Shown: one piece after another, positions 1 to 13,229 of the stretch | How positions within the stretch are numbered: the first letter of the stretch is position 1 | Layout of the letters: every line of letters begins with the position of its first letter | Assembly (NCBI GenBank): GCA_002104945.1 | Contig: MCFH01000002.1 | Coordinates: 1 to 64,000, forward strand | Source of the DNA: Piromyces finnis finn | Taxonomy: Eukaryota > Fungi > Neocallimastigomycota | Direction: 5' to 3' | DNA: 64,000 bases | Position numbers and translations under genes: made by a program | Notes under the pieces: model-generated | The model's database searches: none | Told to the model about the DNA's origin: nothing | What the model saw: the letters and a program-made list of their open reading frames with translations, nothing else

Positions 1-2763
1 ATCGATCAAGAAAAACTGAGAAAGTTTATATTGAACAGGAAGATAGTAGGTCCATTACATTTTGTTATTATTCAAATGTAAATGTTCAAAGATTAAAGCG
101 ATATATTGTACTTTTTAATTTTATATATTTTTTTATTAGTTAAATATATTTAAAATATTAATTAAAAAAAAAGTTAGATATTCATACAATTAAAATGAAT
201 AATTTGAAAAATTGTAAAATTTGATTTGTTTATATGTGGTTAAGTCAGAGTTATATTCGTAATTTAAATATGTATTGTTTTTAAGAAATTTATAAATATT
301 TAAATTTAATATTAAACAAATGCATTAATTTTTAAAATGTAAGCAATAACAATTTAAATAAAAAAAGATTATAATTAATATGAAAAAAACAGTTTATTTT
401 CATTAGTATTTCTAACTTTTCCACTTTTTTTTTTAATAATAAATCTAAACAAATTGTTAATTATATTTATAGATAATAAAGTTATTTTAATAAATTAGTA
501 GATATATTAATAATTTAATTAAATTAATATATTAATAATAAAATATATAGTATATTAATATCTATTATATAAATTAAAAAAAAAAAGAAAACACTTTTTT
601 TTTAAAATCTATATATTAAAATTATAATAATTAAAATAAAATAAATGAATGTGTAATAAGTAAATAAATATAAATAACCTTTATTAAGTTGAAAGTTTGA
701 ATATAATTATTATATATTTGATATGTGTTATTTTGTAAACACATAATTCTTGACATTTAATTTATTTAATTTATTTATTAATAATATTCAATATATTATA
801 AAATATAATATAATATTATTAAAGTATATTCTAAAATATATTATTTGGATAAACTTTAATTATTAATAATATCGATTCTTTTTTTGGTATAAATTAAATT
901 AAATCCAAATTATTGGTTTAATCTATAAAACAATAATATATTATATAATATATTTTTTTTATGAAAATAAAAAAGTCAATTCAATTCAATATCTTTAGTT
1001 TTATATTAGTATGATTTATGAATTGTATTCTAAGAATTTGTATAAAATATCTTTCAAAATAGTATGTATAAAAAGTTAAGAATAATTAAATCTATTGATT
1101 AAAACTTTAAATATGTTATTTTGTATAGCGAAATCGTTATGTTTCAAGAAAAAGAATGACATTAACCAAAAAATATTATATTATCATTAAACATAAATAC
1201 ATATAAATATTTTTATCGGTTTAAATATATATGATTGTAATGAAAAAATTCTTTATAAATTAGAATTACTTTATTTTAGTTTTGCTTATTAAATGATTTA
1301 CAACAGACAAATATATAATCTATTTATAAACAATTATTATAGATAACTTAATTATAGTATTAATAAATGAAAATTTTAAAAAACAGAAAGGTATATTGGT
1401 AATTTTTACATTATTTCATATCACATAAGATTATAATAAATGGACATAGTATTAATAAAAATGTAGTTAATATCTATTTTAAACATTTAATTAAAATCAA
1501 AGTTTAAATATTAATTTTTATAGTTTTTTTTTAAATTATATTTTAAAAGAACAGATTTGTAATAATTTTATTTTGTAATGTTCTTTATTCAGTTATTCTT
1601 TTTTCAATAAACTTGTTTTTTTTTTTTTTTAAAAAGTCCATCCACTTATTCATGCAATTTATAAAAATCAAATTTTTAAATATTCTGTAAAAATCTTATT
1701 AATAAATAAAGTTTAAGATGTAAATAACTTAAACATTGATATTTTAACAAATAATAAATAAATAAATAATATATGAGGAATATAATATAAATAAATGGAT
1801 TTAATAAATTATTTTTCAATTATTAATATATCAATCCTTAAAAAATAATGTATTATATTAAAAAAAGGTATAATAAAAAATATAGTATTTTTAAAACCTT
1901 TTATTACTCTTTGTTATTTTGATTTCGATTCGAATTTAATATAATTTAATTTTATATTATTCAAAAGTAATATCAATGGGTTATATACAAATGTAAAATC
2001 TCAATGTTAATAATAATTTTATCAATATCAAAATTTCAAATTTTTTATAAAAAGGATAAAACAATTTAAAGTCATTTCTATTTAATGAACCAGATTAATT
2101 AATAAAAGTAGGACTCAATAAAAAACGATATATATATATATATATAGATATAGATATTAATATTTTTTGGAATAAAAATAAAAAATATAAAACAAAATAA
2201 AAAGTTGAAAAAACGTAATAGTATAATTAATTCTATAGAATATATTTTTTTGATTTAGTAATAATTATAATGTAAGATATAAGTTCTAAGGTTTTCTTTA
2301 TTTCTTTTTTTTTTTTTTTTTTCTAAATAATTTAAAATATTTAACAAAATCTATCGGTAATTAATCATAATATAACAATATGTATTTATATTTATATAAA
2401 TTTTAAAAGTGTTAAATAATAGTAGGTCTATTCTTTAATTTTTAATAATTATGAAAAGAGAAAAACATGCAAATAAAACAAATAAAGAAAATAATAATAA
2501 TAATAATAAAAAATAACAACATAAAAGAAACAAAATTAAAATTAATCTTTAATATATTCTTTTAATAAGTATATAAAACATTTTAATAGATTCCAAGATT
2601 TAAAGTGTATTATCAACAAGAAATTTTATTTTCAAGAAATTTTATTTTTAACTAAAAATTATTTATCTCACATTGTAACAAATATAACAATTAATATATA
2701 TATTTCAGCTTAAACAGTATTTACTTAAATTATTTTATTAATTAAAACCGTTATTATATTATC

Positions 2764-5700
2764 ATGGATGATGTTGGTAAGTGTTAAAATTTATAATACC
2801 ATCCTTTTAGATTTATAATTAATTTTGGAATTAAGAAGTACATTCTCTTCTTAGGTTAAAAAAAAAAAAAAAAATTTAGAATTATAATTATAATTTTTAT
2901 TATTAATTTTTTCTTACATGATATATGAAATAATAATATTTTTAAAAAATAAATTTTTTATCATTAATACTCTTTTTTTTTTGATACTTTTAATCTATTA
3001 AATATCAATTTTTCTTGTCAGATCCACAATTAATAACAAATCCAACAAAAAAGCGAAAATATAATCAAAAAGATATTGGTAAATATTAATTTTTAATATT
3101 ATAATTTAAATAAATAGAAAAATAAAAATAAAAATAAAAATTATATTTATATAAATGTATATAAAATATATAAATTCAATTAATTGTATCTATTAACGTT
3201 TAATTATTAATTTCTATAACAATTATTAATTTTAAAATAACACATTTAATAAATTAATAATTATATTACATTTCAATATTTCATTATATATATGCAATTA
3301 ATTTTATAGTTGTATGTGAATCATGTAATAAATCTATTCCTTTAAAATCCTCTATAAAATTATATAATACAACTCTTTGTTTTCAATGTAAAGTTATATT
3401 TACAGGTGGTAGACAAATTAAATCAGTAGTAGATTATTCTGAGAAAAGGAGTCGTAGTAGTTCTCGTTCAGTTAATATTAAATCAGAATCAATTCCAACT
3501 CCTGAAACTTCACCAAAATATTCTGTAAGTAGCAATGAAATACGAAATAATCCATTAAATAAAAAACAAGAATTTCATAATAACGTAGAAAATTCACCAA
3601 CTTCAACAAATACATTCACTCCTATAGCTTTTACAGAATTTTCAACATCTAATATTCCAGTAGCTCTTTCTAAGAACCCTGTTAATACTAATATTATTTT
3701 AAATGAAGCTAAAAAGGTTAAGCGTTGTGTCGGAAGACCAAAAAAAAATATTTCACCAAATATAAATACCCAAAAAACAGTTATAGATTTACAATCAACC
3801 TCGGTAGTATCATCCAATGATTCACCCAAAATACGAAAGAAAAGAGGACCGAAGAAGAAGAAGAAGAAAGAAGCTGAAAGCAATTCAACCATAAATAATA
3901 CAATTGATTTGGATATGTCCTTGACAATAGATTTATTGAATCGAAATTCAAATACTTCTTCTATTCAGACTTCGAATGATATTATAAAAAAAACCCAAAA
4001 TACTAAAACTTCTCATAATAATATGAATATTGATAATATTATTAATATTAATACTAATACAAATACCAATTCTAATTCTGATTATAATAATACCAATTCT
4101 GATACTAATATTAATAATACTATTATTAATACCAATATAAATAATAGTTTTAAATATAATAATTTAAATTCTCCATCATATACACAGTTTTCCAAAGATA
4201 CTGCATCGTATCCCTCTCCTGATATTCGTCACAATTTGAATTCTAATTCACTCATACCGAATAGCTTAAATTATATATTACCAAATCCTCAATGTAAAAT
4301 CAATTCATCTTCTGTAAAATCAACTGCGAATTTTCCAAATTACAACTCTTGTTTATCTAGTATTAAGAGTCAGAGTCAAAATCCAAATACTAATATAAAT
4401 GAAATAAATAAAAATGAAGACTTTAATCAAAGTAAAATCAATGATTATATCTATTCTAATCAATCAAAGTGTTCATACTTATCCCCGGAAGAAAAAACAA
4501 ATAATTTTAATTATACATCTAGAATTGAAACTAAATATAATAATCAACACCAACCAAGTAACTTATCTCGTAAAAGAAACGACTTTCAAAGTATTGATTC
4601 TTCATATATAAAATACAATAATAATGATAATAATAATAATAATTGTAATGATTATAATGATAATAATAAAAACCTTAAAATAAACAATATTCTTAATAAT
4701 AATGATGATAATAATAACAGTAATATTAGTATTTTTTCAAAAAATTATAGTGTTCCAAATTCATCAACAACTTCAATTATAACTCAACCTGTAGTTTCTT
4801 CTTCCATCTCTCCAATTTCTTCAAAAACTTCTCTTATATCATCATCTACGACCTCTATAATTTCAAATAGAAGTGTTGTTGATATTAATAATAATGACTT
4901 TAATAGTGTTAATAGTGAAGAGTATATAAATAATTATTCTTTTAACAATGATAGTAATAATGATACTATTAATCAAAATTTGTACCAAGTTAGAAGTATT
5001 AATCATAGATCTATTTTGCCTTCAATCGGAACTTTTAAACAGCACATTCCAATTCATAAAAATTCTACATATAATTCACAATTATTTTTATTAAATAATG
5101 GCACATCTTCTCATTATGTTTCACCTTCTCTTCAAAATAATTTCACCCATAAAATTCCTGAAACACCTAAATCATACATTGATGATAATCAACATTCAGG
5201 TATTCATGTTTCTTATTCTAATTCTTCTAATTCTAACATACATAATAATCTCGAAGAAAAGCAACACCAAAAAGAAGAAATGAAAAATATTCATAATGAA
5301 GATTTGAGTTTTTCAGATAATAGAAAAGATGTAGTAGAAGATATTAAGAATTATCATGAATGTATGCCAAATAATATTTCTTTTGTTAATTATTCATCGA
5401 ATAATCAATCAATTATATCATCTTCTTCACAAACATCTTCTAAGTGTGATAATCAAGGACTTTATACCTCACATTTTTCCTCATCTATTTCCTCCTCATC
5501 TTTGGGTAATAAAATGTTTTTAAATTCTTCAAATAGGTAAATAAGAAATTATTAAAATTATGATATAAAAGTAATAAATTTATAATTGTGATGTTATCGT
5601 ATTTTATTAAATTGTAATTAATTTTATTTTATTTATTTTTTAATATTTATAAACATTTAACATCAATATTTTAGTGATAATTATACCAAAAACAATAATA

Positions 5701-8700
5701 TCAAGAGTATGGATTCTGTAGATGTTAATGGAAAGTATAAATATTTTCCAAATGAATCTAATGATGTGTGTTATTACAAAAGAAACAGCTCAGAAGAAAG
5801 TGCGGCTACACTGCTTTCTTTAAAGCAAACAAATAATAATCAATATAATAATTTATATTGGAATGATAAAATTTCTTTAATTAATGAAAATGAGAATAAA
5901 CAATTAATAGAAATGAATTTACAAAAATTAAATAATAGTAAACTTGGTATCATTGATAATTCTTTTATTGAATCATCTGTTTATAATTCTAATGTATTAC
6001 ATAATGAGTCATATGCTGTTGATAGCAATGAAGAAAATACTAATGATAAAAATAAAACCCATTCATTTAAAAAAAATAATGATGAAAGTAATGAACTTTT
6101 AATGTATAAGAGAGAATCAAGCTCACTTATGCCATATGAATCAACTACTAAAATATATTGTGAAGAAATTAGTACTTCAAATAATTCTAATTCTAATTCT
6201 AATGATAATATTCAAAATAATGATTCTAATATCCCAATTGATTCTAATTCAGATAAAAAATGTTTAAAAAAGGGAATTGTTATAGAAGTATTAGATTCAA
6301 ATAATAATTGGCGTAAAGGTTATATAATGGATTTAACATCAAATGAATTTCAAGTAAAATATCATTTATCTGATAGTGACAGTCAACAATGGATACCACT
6401 TAATAGTCGTTGCTATCGTATTATTCACAGTAATCATTCAAATATTAAAGAAGAAGATATAAATATAATATCTGTTAAAAACAACCTTTATTCCAATACT
6501 TCTCATGTAAAAAGAGGTAGAGGAAGGCCAAAAGGAAGTAAAGGAAAGCCTAAAGTTAATAAGATTGAAGAAAAAATAAACTTAAATTCACAAATTGCTG
6601 AATATAATGAAAAAGATATATCTAATGATTTAGAGAATAATTGTCCTCAACATGTGAATACACTTGATAACACCACAAAACGAAAAAGAGGTAGAAAAAA
6701 GAAGTCAGAAAACCAAGCAGAAATAGAACCAATAAAATATGAAAAAACCCCTTCTAATGATGTAAAAAAAGAGGAAGAAAAGAAAAAAAATGGAAGAGGT
6801 CGTCCAAAAGGACCAAAAAAACAAACTAATATTGAAAAAATTAAAGAAGATTATAGTGAAAATAATTTAAAGAAACGTGGACGTAAATCAATTTTAGAAA
6901 AGTATAAAGATTACAAGGTATTAGAAGAAGATCTTAGTACTTTTAATAAATTAATGTATGGTAAAGATTTTAATCCAATACAGTTTGAAGTTGGTAAGAA
7001 GGCTTTTAAATATGATGATCAATATAATGTATATTATGCAGTAGAAATGTTACGTGAAGATATAGTAGTTGATCCAAAAACTCAAGAAGAAATGAAGGGT
7101 GTTTTAATTCATTATATTGAATGGGATGATAGTTGGGATGAATGGATTAGTAAAGAGAATAAAGATTTAGTTGAGTGTGATCCCGTTTTGTATGAGAGAA
7201 TTGAGTTCATAAAAGATGGTATTACCGCTTATAATTTCAAAAGTATGGTAATTGATTATATGATTGAAAAATATGATTCAGCCAAACAAGATGAAATTAT
7301 AAAAGCAAATGGTATTCCGTTACAAACACTAAATGCGTTTAATACTCTTGGTAAATCTTTAACATTACATGAACAACAGGATATTTTAACTGCGATTGAT
7401 AATTATACTGAAGAGCATTATTTGATTAAAAGTTCAGAAACATATGAAATAGGAAATAATACAGACGATTTAGTTAAAGATTCAATTAATAAGCGAATTA
7501 CTGAATTTAATCGTCGTCATAAGACTAATATTCTATTTCATCAATTTTACAGTAATCGTGTGGAAGGCATTAATTTTCCATCTGTAGATAAAATCAATCG
7601 ATTCCGTGATGAAATTGAGCATATTAGTATTGACAGAAATATACGTTTTCGTTATGGTATGTTTGAATCAGAAAATGCTTTTGATATATTGGATTATGAT
7701 CCTAGTATATTAGAAGGAAATCATAAGATGACCAAAGATTTAACTTCATCATCAGAGATATCAAACAAATTAATTGAAGTTAAAAAGGAAGAAACTGAAA
7801 AAATCGTTATTAAAAAAGATTCTGATAATGAATTCTTAATAAATAATGATATTAAGAATGAAATAGCACAAGATAGTTTTACTCCTGAATCTTCTATTAA
7901 TATGAAAATATTATCAAATGAATATAATATTAAGGAAGGAGATGAAAGTGACACATCAATTATTGATATGGAGATTGATTCTAGTACTTCAGATATGGAA
8001 ATTGGCAGTAATATAAATTTCATCATTAAGTCCAAGCCGTCTTTAAGTATACTTGAAGATTATAATTCTAATCCATCTGGTACAGATACAGAATCTGATA
8101 TGGATATGGATTCTGGTTCTGAATCAGATATTAATATTAATTATCAAATAGGACGAATGATTTCTAATAATTCACAATATAGAAAACAATTATTTAGCCA
8201 AAATAACAGTTACGAAGATAATTCAGAATCTGAAATGGATATGGAAATAGATTCAGAGGGTTCTGAAGTTTATGAGTATTATTTAAAGAATATTAAACCT
8301 ACAATTGAGAAAGAAAAAGAAAAATCCATTGAACACTCTGAAAATAGTGAATGTATTAAGATGATTAAAAAAGAAGGACTATTAGAGGATGAAGATGATA
8401 CTATAAAAGAAGACAGCTCCGAAGAAATGATATTAAAGTCTGAGAGAAATGATGCTTTAAAAAATATAGTAAAAGAGGAAGATGAAGTATCAGAGGATGC
8501 CACTATAAAAGATGAAGAAGTTGTTACTAAAGGTGAACATTTAAAAAATCCTAAAACCTTCTCAAATGAAGAAAGTGAATCTAACGAAAAAGGAAAAAAT
8601 GTTGTAAATGATAATGAAATCATTAATAATATTGTAGATAATGATGAAATTATTAAAAATGAAAATATCAATAAAAAAGAAGGAAATAATAAAAATAATG

Positions 8701-11700
8701 AATATAATAATGATTACTTAAAGAAAGAAGAAAAAATAGAAACATTAACATCATTTATGGAAGATCTAGGAAAATATAAGGTAACAAAAGATAAATCACC
8801 AGAAGAATATTATACTCGATTAGCAGTTAAAAGAAAAGAGGATGAAATAAAAATTGGTACTAATTTAACCATGTGTAAGAAAAAATCTCATATCTCTAAT
8901 CATAAATTGGCATTAGAAGAGTGGATTCCATGTAATACCATATATACTAATAATGACCAATTATATATTAAGCAAGTTTATTGCGATGCTCAAGGTCGAC
9001 TTAAACTTAGTCGTGATTGGTGTTCAAGAGATAGCCATATTGTTCGTGAAGAATTTTATGATAACTTTTCTTACATTGCTGTAAACTTTATTAATGAAAA
9101 GAGAGTCATTTGTGGTCATCTTTTCCCAAATCAAGATGTAAAACTTTGGGAACCACGTCGTGATGATTATATGATTACTGGTCCAATTCGTGAAACAAAA
9201 TTAGAAGAGGATGAAGATTTAAGTACAATTACTGGTCCTATCATTTATTGTAAAGGATGTATGAGAAGAATTAAAGATGTTCGTTATTATTGTACTTATT
9301 GTGAAAAATCAGAGGATGATATTAAGATAAGTGATAAAGAACAAGAAACAAGCTATAATCTTTGTCTTTATTGTATTCAATGTAACTTTCCATCTCATAT
9401 CCACCCTCGTTTATCCTTTGCTTACCAAAATCTTAATGCAAAAATTAATGATTTACAATTATTAGAACAAAAACATCATATGGAAGAGTTAGATAAAGAC
9501 TATTATCATCGTATTGAAATTAGTGCTAATGATACTACAAGCACAGTTCAAAAACAAAAAGTATATCCAAAAAAGTGTGCATTTTGTGATGAAGGGGAAT
9601 ATACTAGTGGAGAAACCTTTATTAGTCACTATCCATTTAAACCGGGTGATTCCAAACTTAACCATCTATTTTGGGCTCATGAAAATTGTGCAATTTATTC
9701 CCCAGGTGTTTATAAAACAGTTGAGGGACATTGGTTTAATCTTAGTGATGCTTTAGTTCGTGCACGGAAAACAAAGTGTGCTGAATGTAAGCATCGTGGT
9801 GCAACAATTAAATGTTTTGATCCTGGTTGTCATAAAGTTTATCATTTGAGTTGTACTCATAAACAAAATACTTATTTTGAAGAAGGTATGATATTTTGGT
9901 GTCCATATCATGAACGTCTGAATGAAGAATTGGACAGCTGGGAAGAAAAATATAATTGTGATGTTTGTGGTATTGAATTAAATGAAGAATCATGGTATAC
10001 ATGTAAAAAATGTAGTAATGATAATTACTTCTCTACATTCGATCTTTGTGTTGAATGCTATGAACATTCATTTCCAAAGGATCATGATCATCCGAAAGAA
10101 CAATTTAAAATGATTTATTCTAAGGATAAAAAGAAGGATTTGCAGGAAAAACAAGAGGAAGAAATTGAATACTATGAAAAAAAGAGTAAGTACTATCAAC
10201 AATTTGAATTAAAACGTAAACGTAAGTTGGATGGTGAAAAAACACTAAATCGTTGTATATATTGTAATGCCGAAATCACTTCTGATACCCCATGGCGTTC
10301 AGGTTATAATGGATTAGTTATGTGTGAGAAATGTTTCACCAAAGCACCAACTCAATTTATTAATGATAATGAAAATAAAAATGGTGAAACAGTTAATGTT
10401 GTAGAATATAATACATCTTCTAATGTTGGTAAATATGCTGCAGCTGTTGAGGACTATGCTTATCAATATTATCTTACACGTGATCTTTATGCTAAAATTC
10501 AAACAGAGGGAGCTGAGATAAAATATTTGAAAACTTATAGTCCTACTGACGATCAGCTTTATTCTCTCTTTTTTGACTATTCTTATTATGATATTGTTTC
10601 TAGAGCTCCTCGTTGGGCAACACATTCAGGTACAGATTATCATGGAACTTGGCTTCCTCAAATTGTTCGTATGGCTTTAATGCGTTATTCCTATCGTAAT
10701 GATAAGGTTCTTTCTAACTTTTTAGGTCGTGGTACGGATGTTATCGAATGCTTTCTTTTACAACGTAAATCTTGTGGTATTGATATTAATCCTACAAGTA
10801 TCCAATTAAGCCAACGCAACTTAGCTTTTGCAATTCCAGAAACATTTAGCGAAGAAGATCGCCCAAATGCTGAACATCGTCCAATTCTTATTCAAGGTGA
10901 TTCTCGACAGTTGAAAGGGCCTCTATTTGTTAATAATTCCTATGATTTAATTCTTTCTCACCCTCCTTATAAGGATTGTGTCGCATATAGTTCTCATATT
11001 GAAGGTGATCTTTCTCGTTTCCCAGATTTAGATGATTTCTACTTGGAAATGAAAAAAGTTGTTAAGGAAACTTGGAGATTATTAAAACCAAATTGTCGTT
11101 GCATTTTAGGCATAGGAGATAATCGTCGTGGCCGTTATTATCAACCAGTATCTTATCAAGCTATTCGAAATTATTTAGATGAAGGATTTATTATTGAAGA
11201 GTTAATTTTAAAACGTCAAAGATATTGCCAAGCTTCACCTTTAGGTCTTTTTCTTTGCACTCAACATGACTTTTTAATGTTTACTCATGAATTTATTATT
11301 ATTTTGAGAAAGGTACCTCACCCAAAGGAAAAACCATTTTCTTTAAAACCACTTGAAAAAGAGATTAATATTCCATACAATAAAAGTATTCGTTTAATTC
11401 CAAGTTATCCATCTGAAAGAAAGTCTGTTGTCATTGGTACTGTTTGGAATCTGGCCATTTCACGTTCCTATGGTCTTCAAGAACTAACCCTTTCCAGAGC
11501 ATTAGAACGTTTTGGTAGAGATAATGAATACTGGGAGGAAATTGATCTTTTTGACTATCAAGAAAAATTACAAGATTTTTGTTTTACTCATCCAAGTTGC
11601 GTAAATGATATTGAAGAAAATGAAGACTATTTTGATGATGAAGATCGTATTATGAGAGGAGGTGCTGATGAATTGACTGAATCAAGTGATTATACTAATG

Positions 11701-12723
11701 CAATTTCTAATTATGAGTTAGAAAGACAACGTCGAATTCAAAAAAACAATGAATGCTTGGTAAATTTGGGTCTTCTTATGGAATTAAATAAAAACAATAG
11801 TAGTAGTAATAACTATATCTATTTCCAAAAAATTTTCAATACTCCACCTGAAAAGAATTTCAATATAGAGGAACGAAAGCTATTTATCATTTTTATCCCT
11901 CATTTAGATATTCCTTCTACCTATATTTTTAAACGTTCCAAGATGGAGTGGATCACAGAGTATCGTCATTTTATTATTGAACAAGCTAAAGCGGCTGTTA
12001 ATAAATTAAAGAATGGTGGTTTATTTATTGTTGGTGGAAAAGATATTCGTGTCGGTGAACTGGTTAGCCGTGATGGGGATGTCTATGAAGGTTCCTTAGA
12101 GGATGATTTTGAAGATGAATTTGAAGAAGGAAGTGACTCTGATGATGATGAAGTAGTTGATATGGATATTTCTGATGATGAGAATGAAAATGATTTAGAA
12201 GACGGGGAAATAATGGAAGAGCGTCCAGAATCTGAAGTAGAAGAAGGAGAAGCTGATGATGTACCAATTAAATCTCAAAATAATAAAGTTAAAAAGAAAG
12301 TAAAAAAATATTTAAGAAGTGAATATATACCATTATCTATTTTACTTTACGAAGATATTTATCGTAACGTTTCCTCTGAAGAGCTAAAGCTTCGTGAGTT
12401 CTTCATTGTAACTCCAGAAGGTTATGAATGTGATAATAAAAATGTAGATATTTCCAAGATGAAAACAAAACTTAAAGAAACCTATGCCGAGTACGATAAA
12501 GAAAAGATTATAGAAAATAAATATTTTGATGGTCAATTTTCAAATCATGCAAATATTCGAAGAATTGCTCCAATAGTTAATGTAAGTTTCTATATTAATA
12601 TATATATATATATATATTTAAATATTTTAAGTAATCAATTTCAAATTCAACTAATATATTTATTATTTCTATAATATATTTTAGGCATTTTATCTAGTTT
12701 TTATTAAGTTACCAGAAAAATAA
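2764..12723 (+). CDS. Multidomain chromatin-reader fused DNA amino-methyltransferase (N6-adenine/N4-cytosine type), ~3048 aa
   Basis: Exons 2764-2776, 3022-3078, 3406-5536, 5675-12581 and 12685-12723 are joined by phase-compatible GT-AG introns and total 9147 nt. ORF 3909-5540 is cut by a donor at 5537 (AG|gtaaat), which splices in frame to ttttag|T at 5675. Motifs: AT-hooks (GRGRPKG, GRPKK); Tudor/chromo-barrel-like segments (~6270-6420 and ~6984-7170, IHYIEWDDSWDEWI); ZZ-type fingers (~9249-9410, ~9957-10090); extended PHD (~9576-9910); CxxC..CxxC GATA-like finger (~10254-10335); MTase motif I FLGRGT (10719), GIDIN, and motif IV-like SHPPY (10956-10970). Confidence 0.9.
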
Positions 12724-13229
12724 TTTTTTTTTTAACAAGAAAACAAAAAAAACAATTTTTAAAACAATAATTTATATAATTATAACTTATCTAAAAACCA
12801 TAAATTTAATTTATGTTATTTTTAATATATTTTTTACCATTTTTTTTTATAATCTTTTATGGATAATTTAATATATAATTTTTACCCATATATTGAAAAT
12901 GGCTTTATCCTAAGCTTATTTTAGTATATATAATAAATAAAGCAATTATATTTCAAATCTTACAATATTTTTCAAAAGTATGATTTTTTTAGTCAAAATT
13001 ATTATTAATATATATTATAATATATATTTTCATTAGCTTTTTATATTATTTTAAATAATGAAAAAAGATATTTATTTATTTATTTATTAATTATTAATTA
13101 TTATTATTTTCTTTTCTTTTTTCTTGTAATAAAAAATTGGAAAACTCATTTTGTATTTTATTCATTAAAAAGTATATGTATTTACATTTCAAAAAAAAAA
13201 AAAATAATAATAATTAAAAAGAATTCTTT

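Noticed and set aside
1-150. Possible terminal exon at the window start
   Set aside because: Two frames are briefly open, but there is no motif and too little sequence to support a call.
3909-5540. Stand-alone 543-aa Asn/Ser-rich protein
   Set aside because: The frame is open upstream to an acceptor at 3405, and its stop lies inside a GTAAAT donor that splices in phase to the MTase exon. It is part of the larger gene.
7721-8671. Antisense ORFs within the MTase gene (also 3575-3892, 12064-12267, 38968-39219, 55583-55807, 50184-50384 and the alternative-frame ORFs in the scaffoldin-like genes)
   Set aside because: These are shadow ORFs of biased coding sequence with no independent motifs or splice support.
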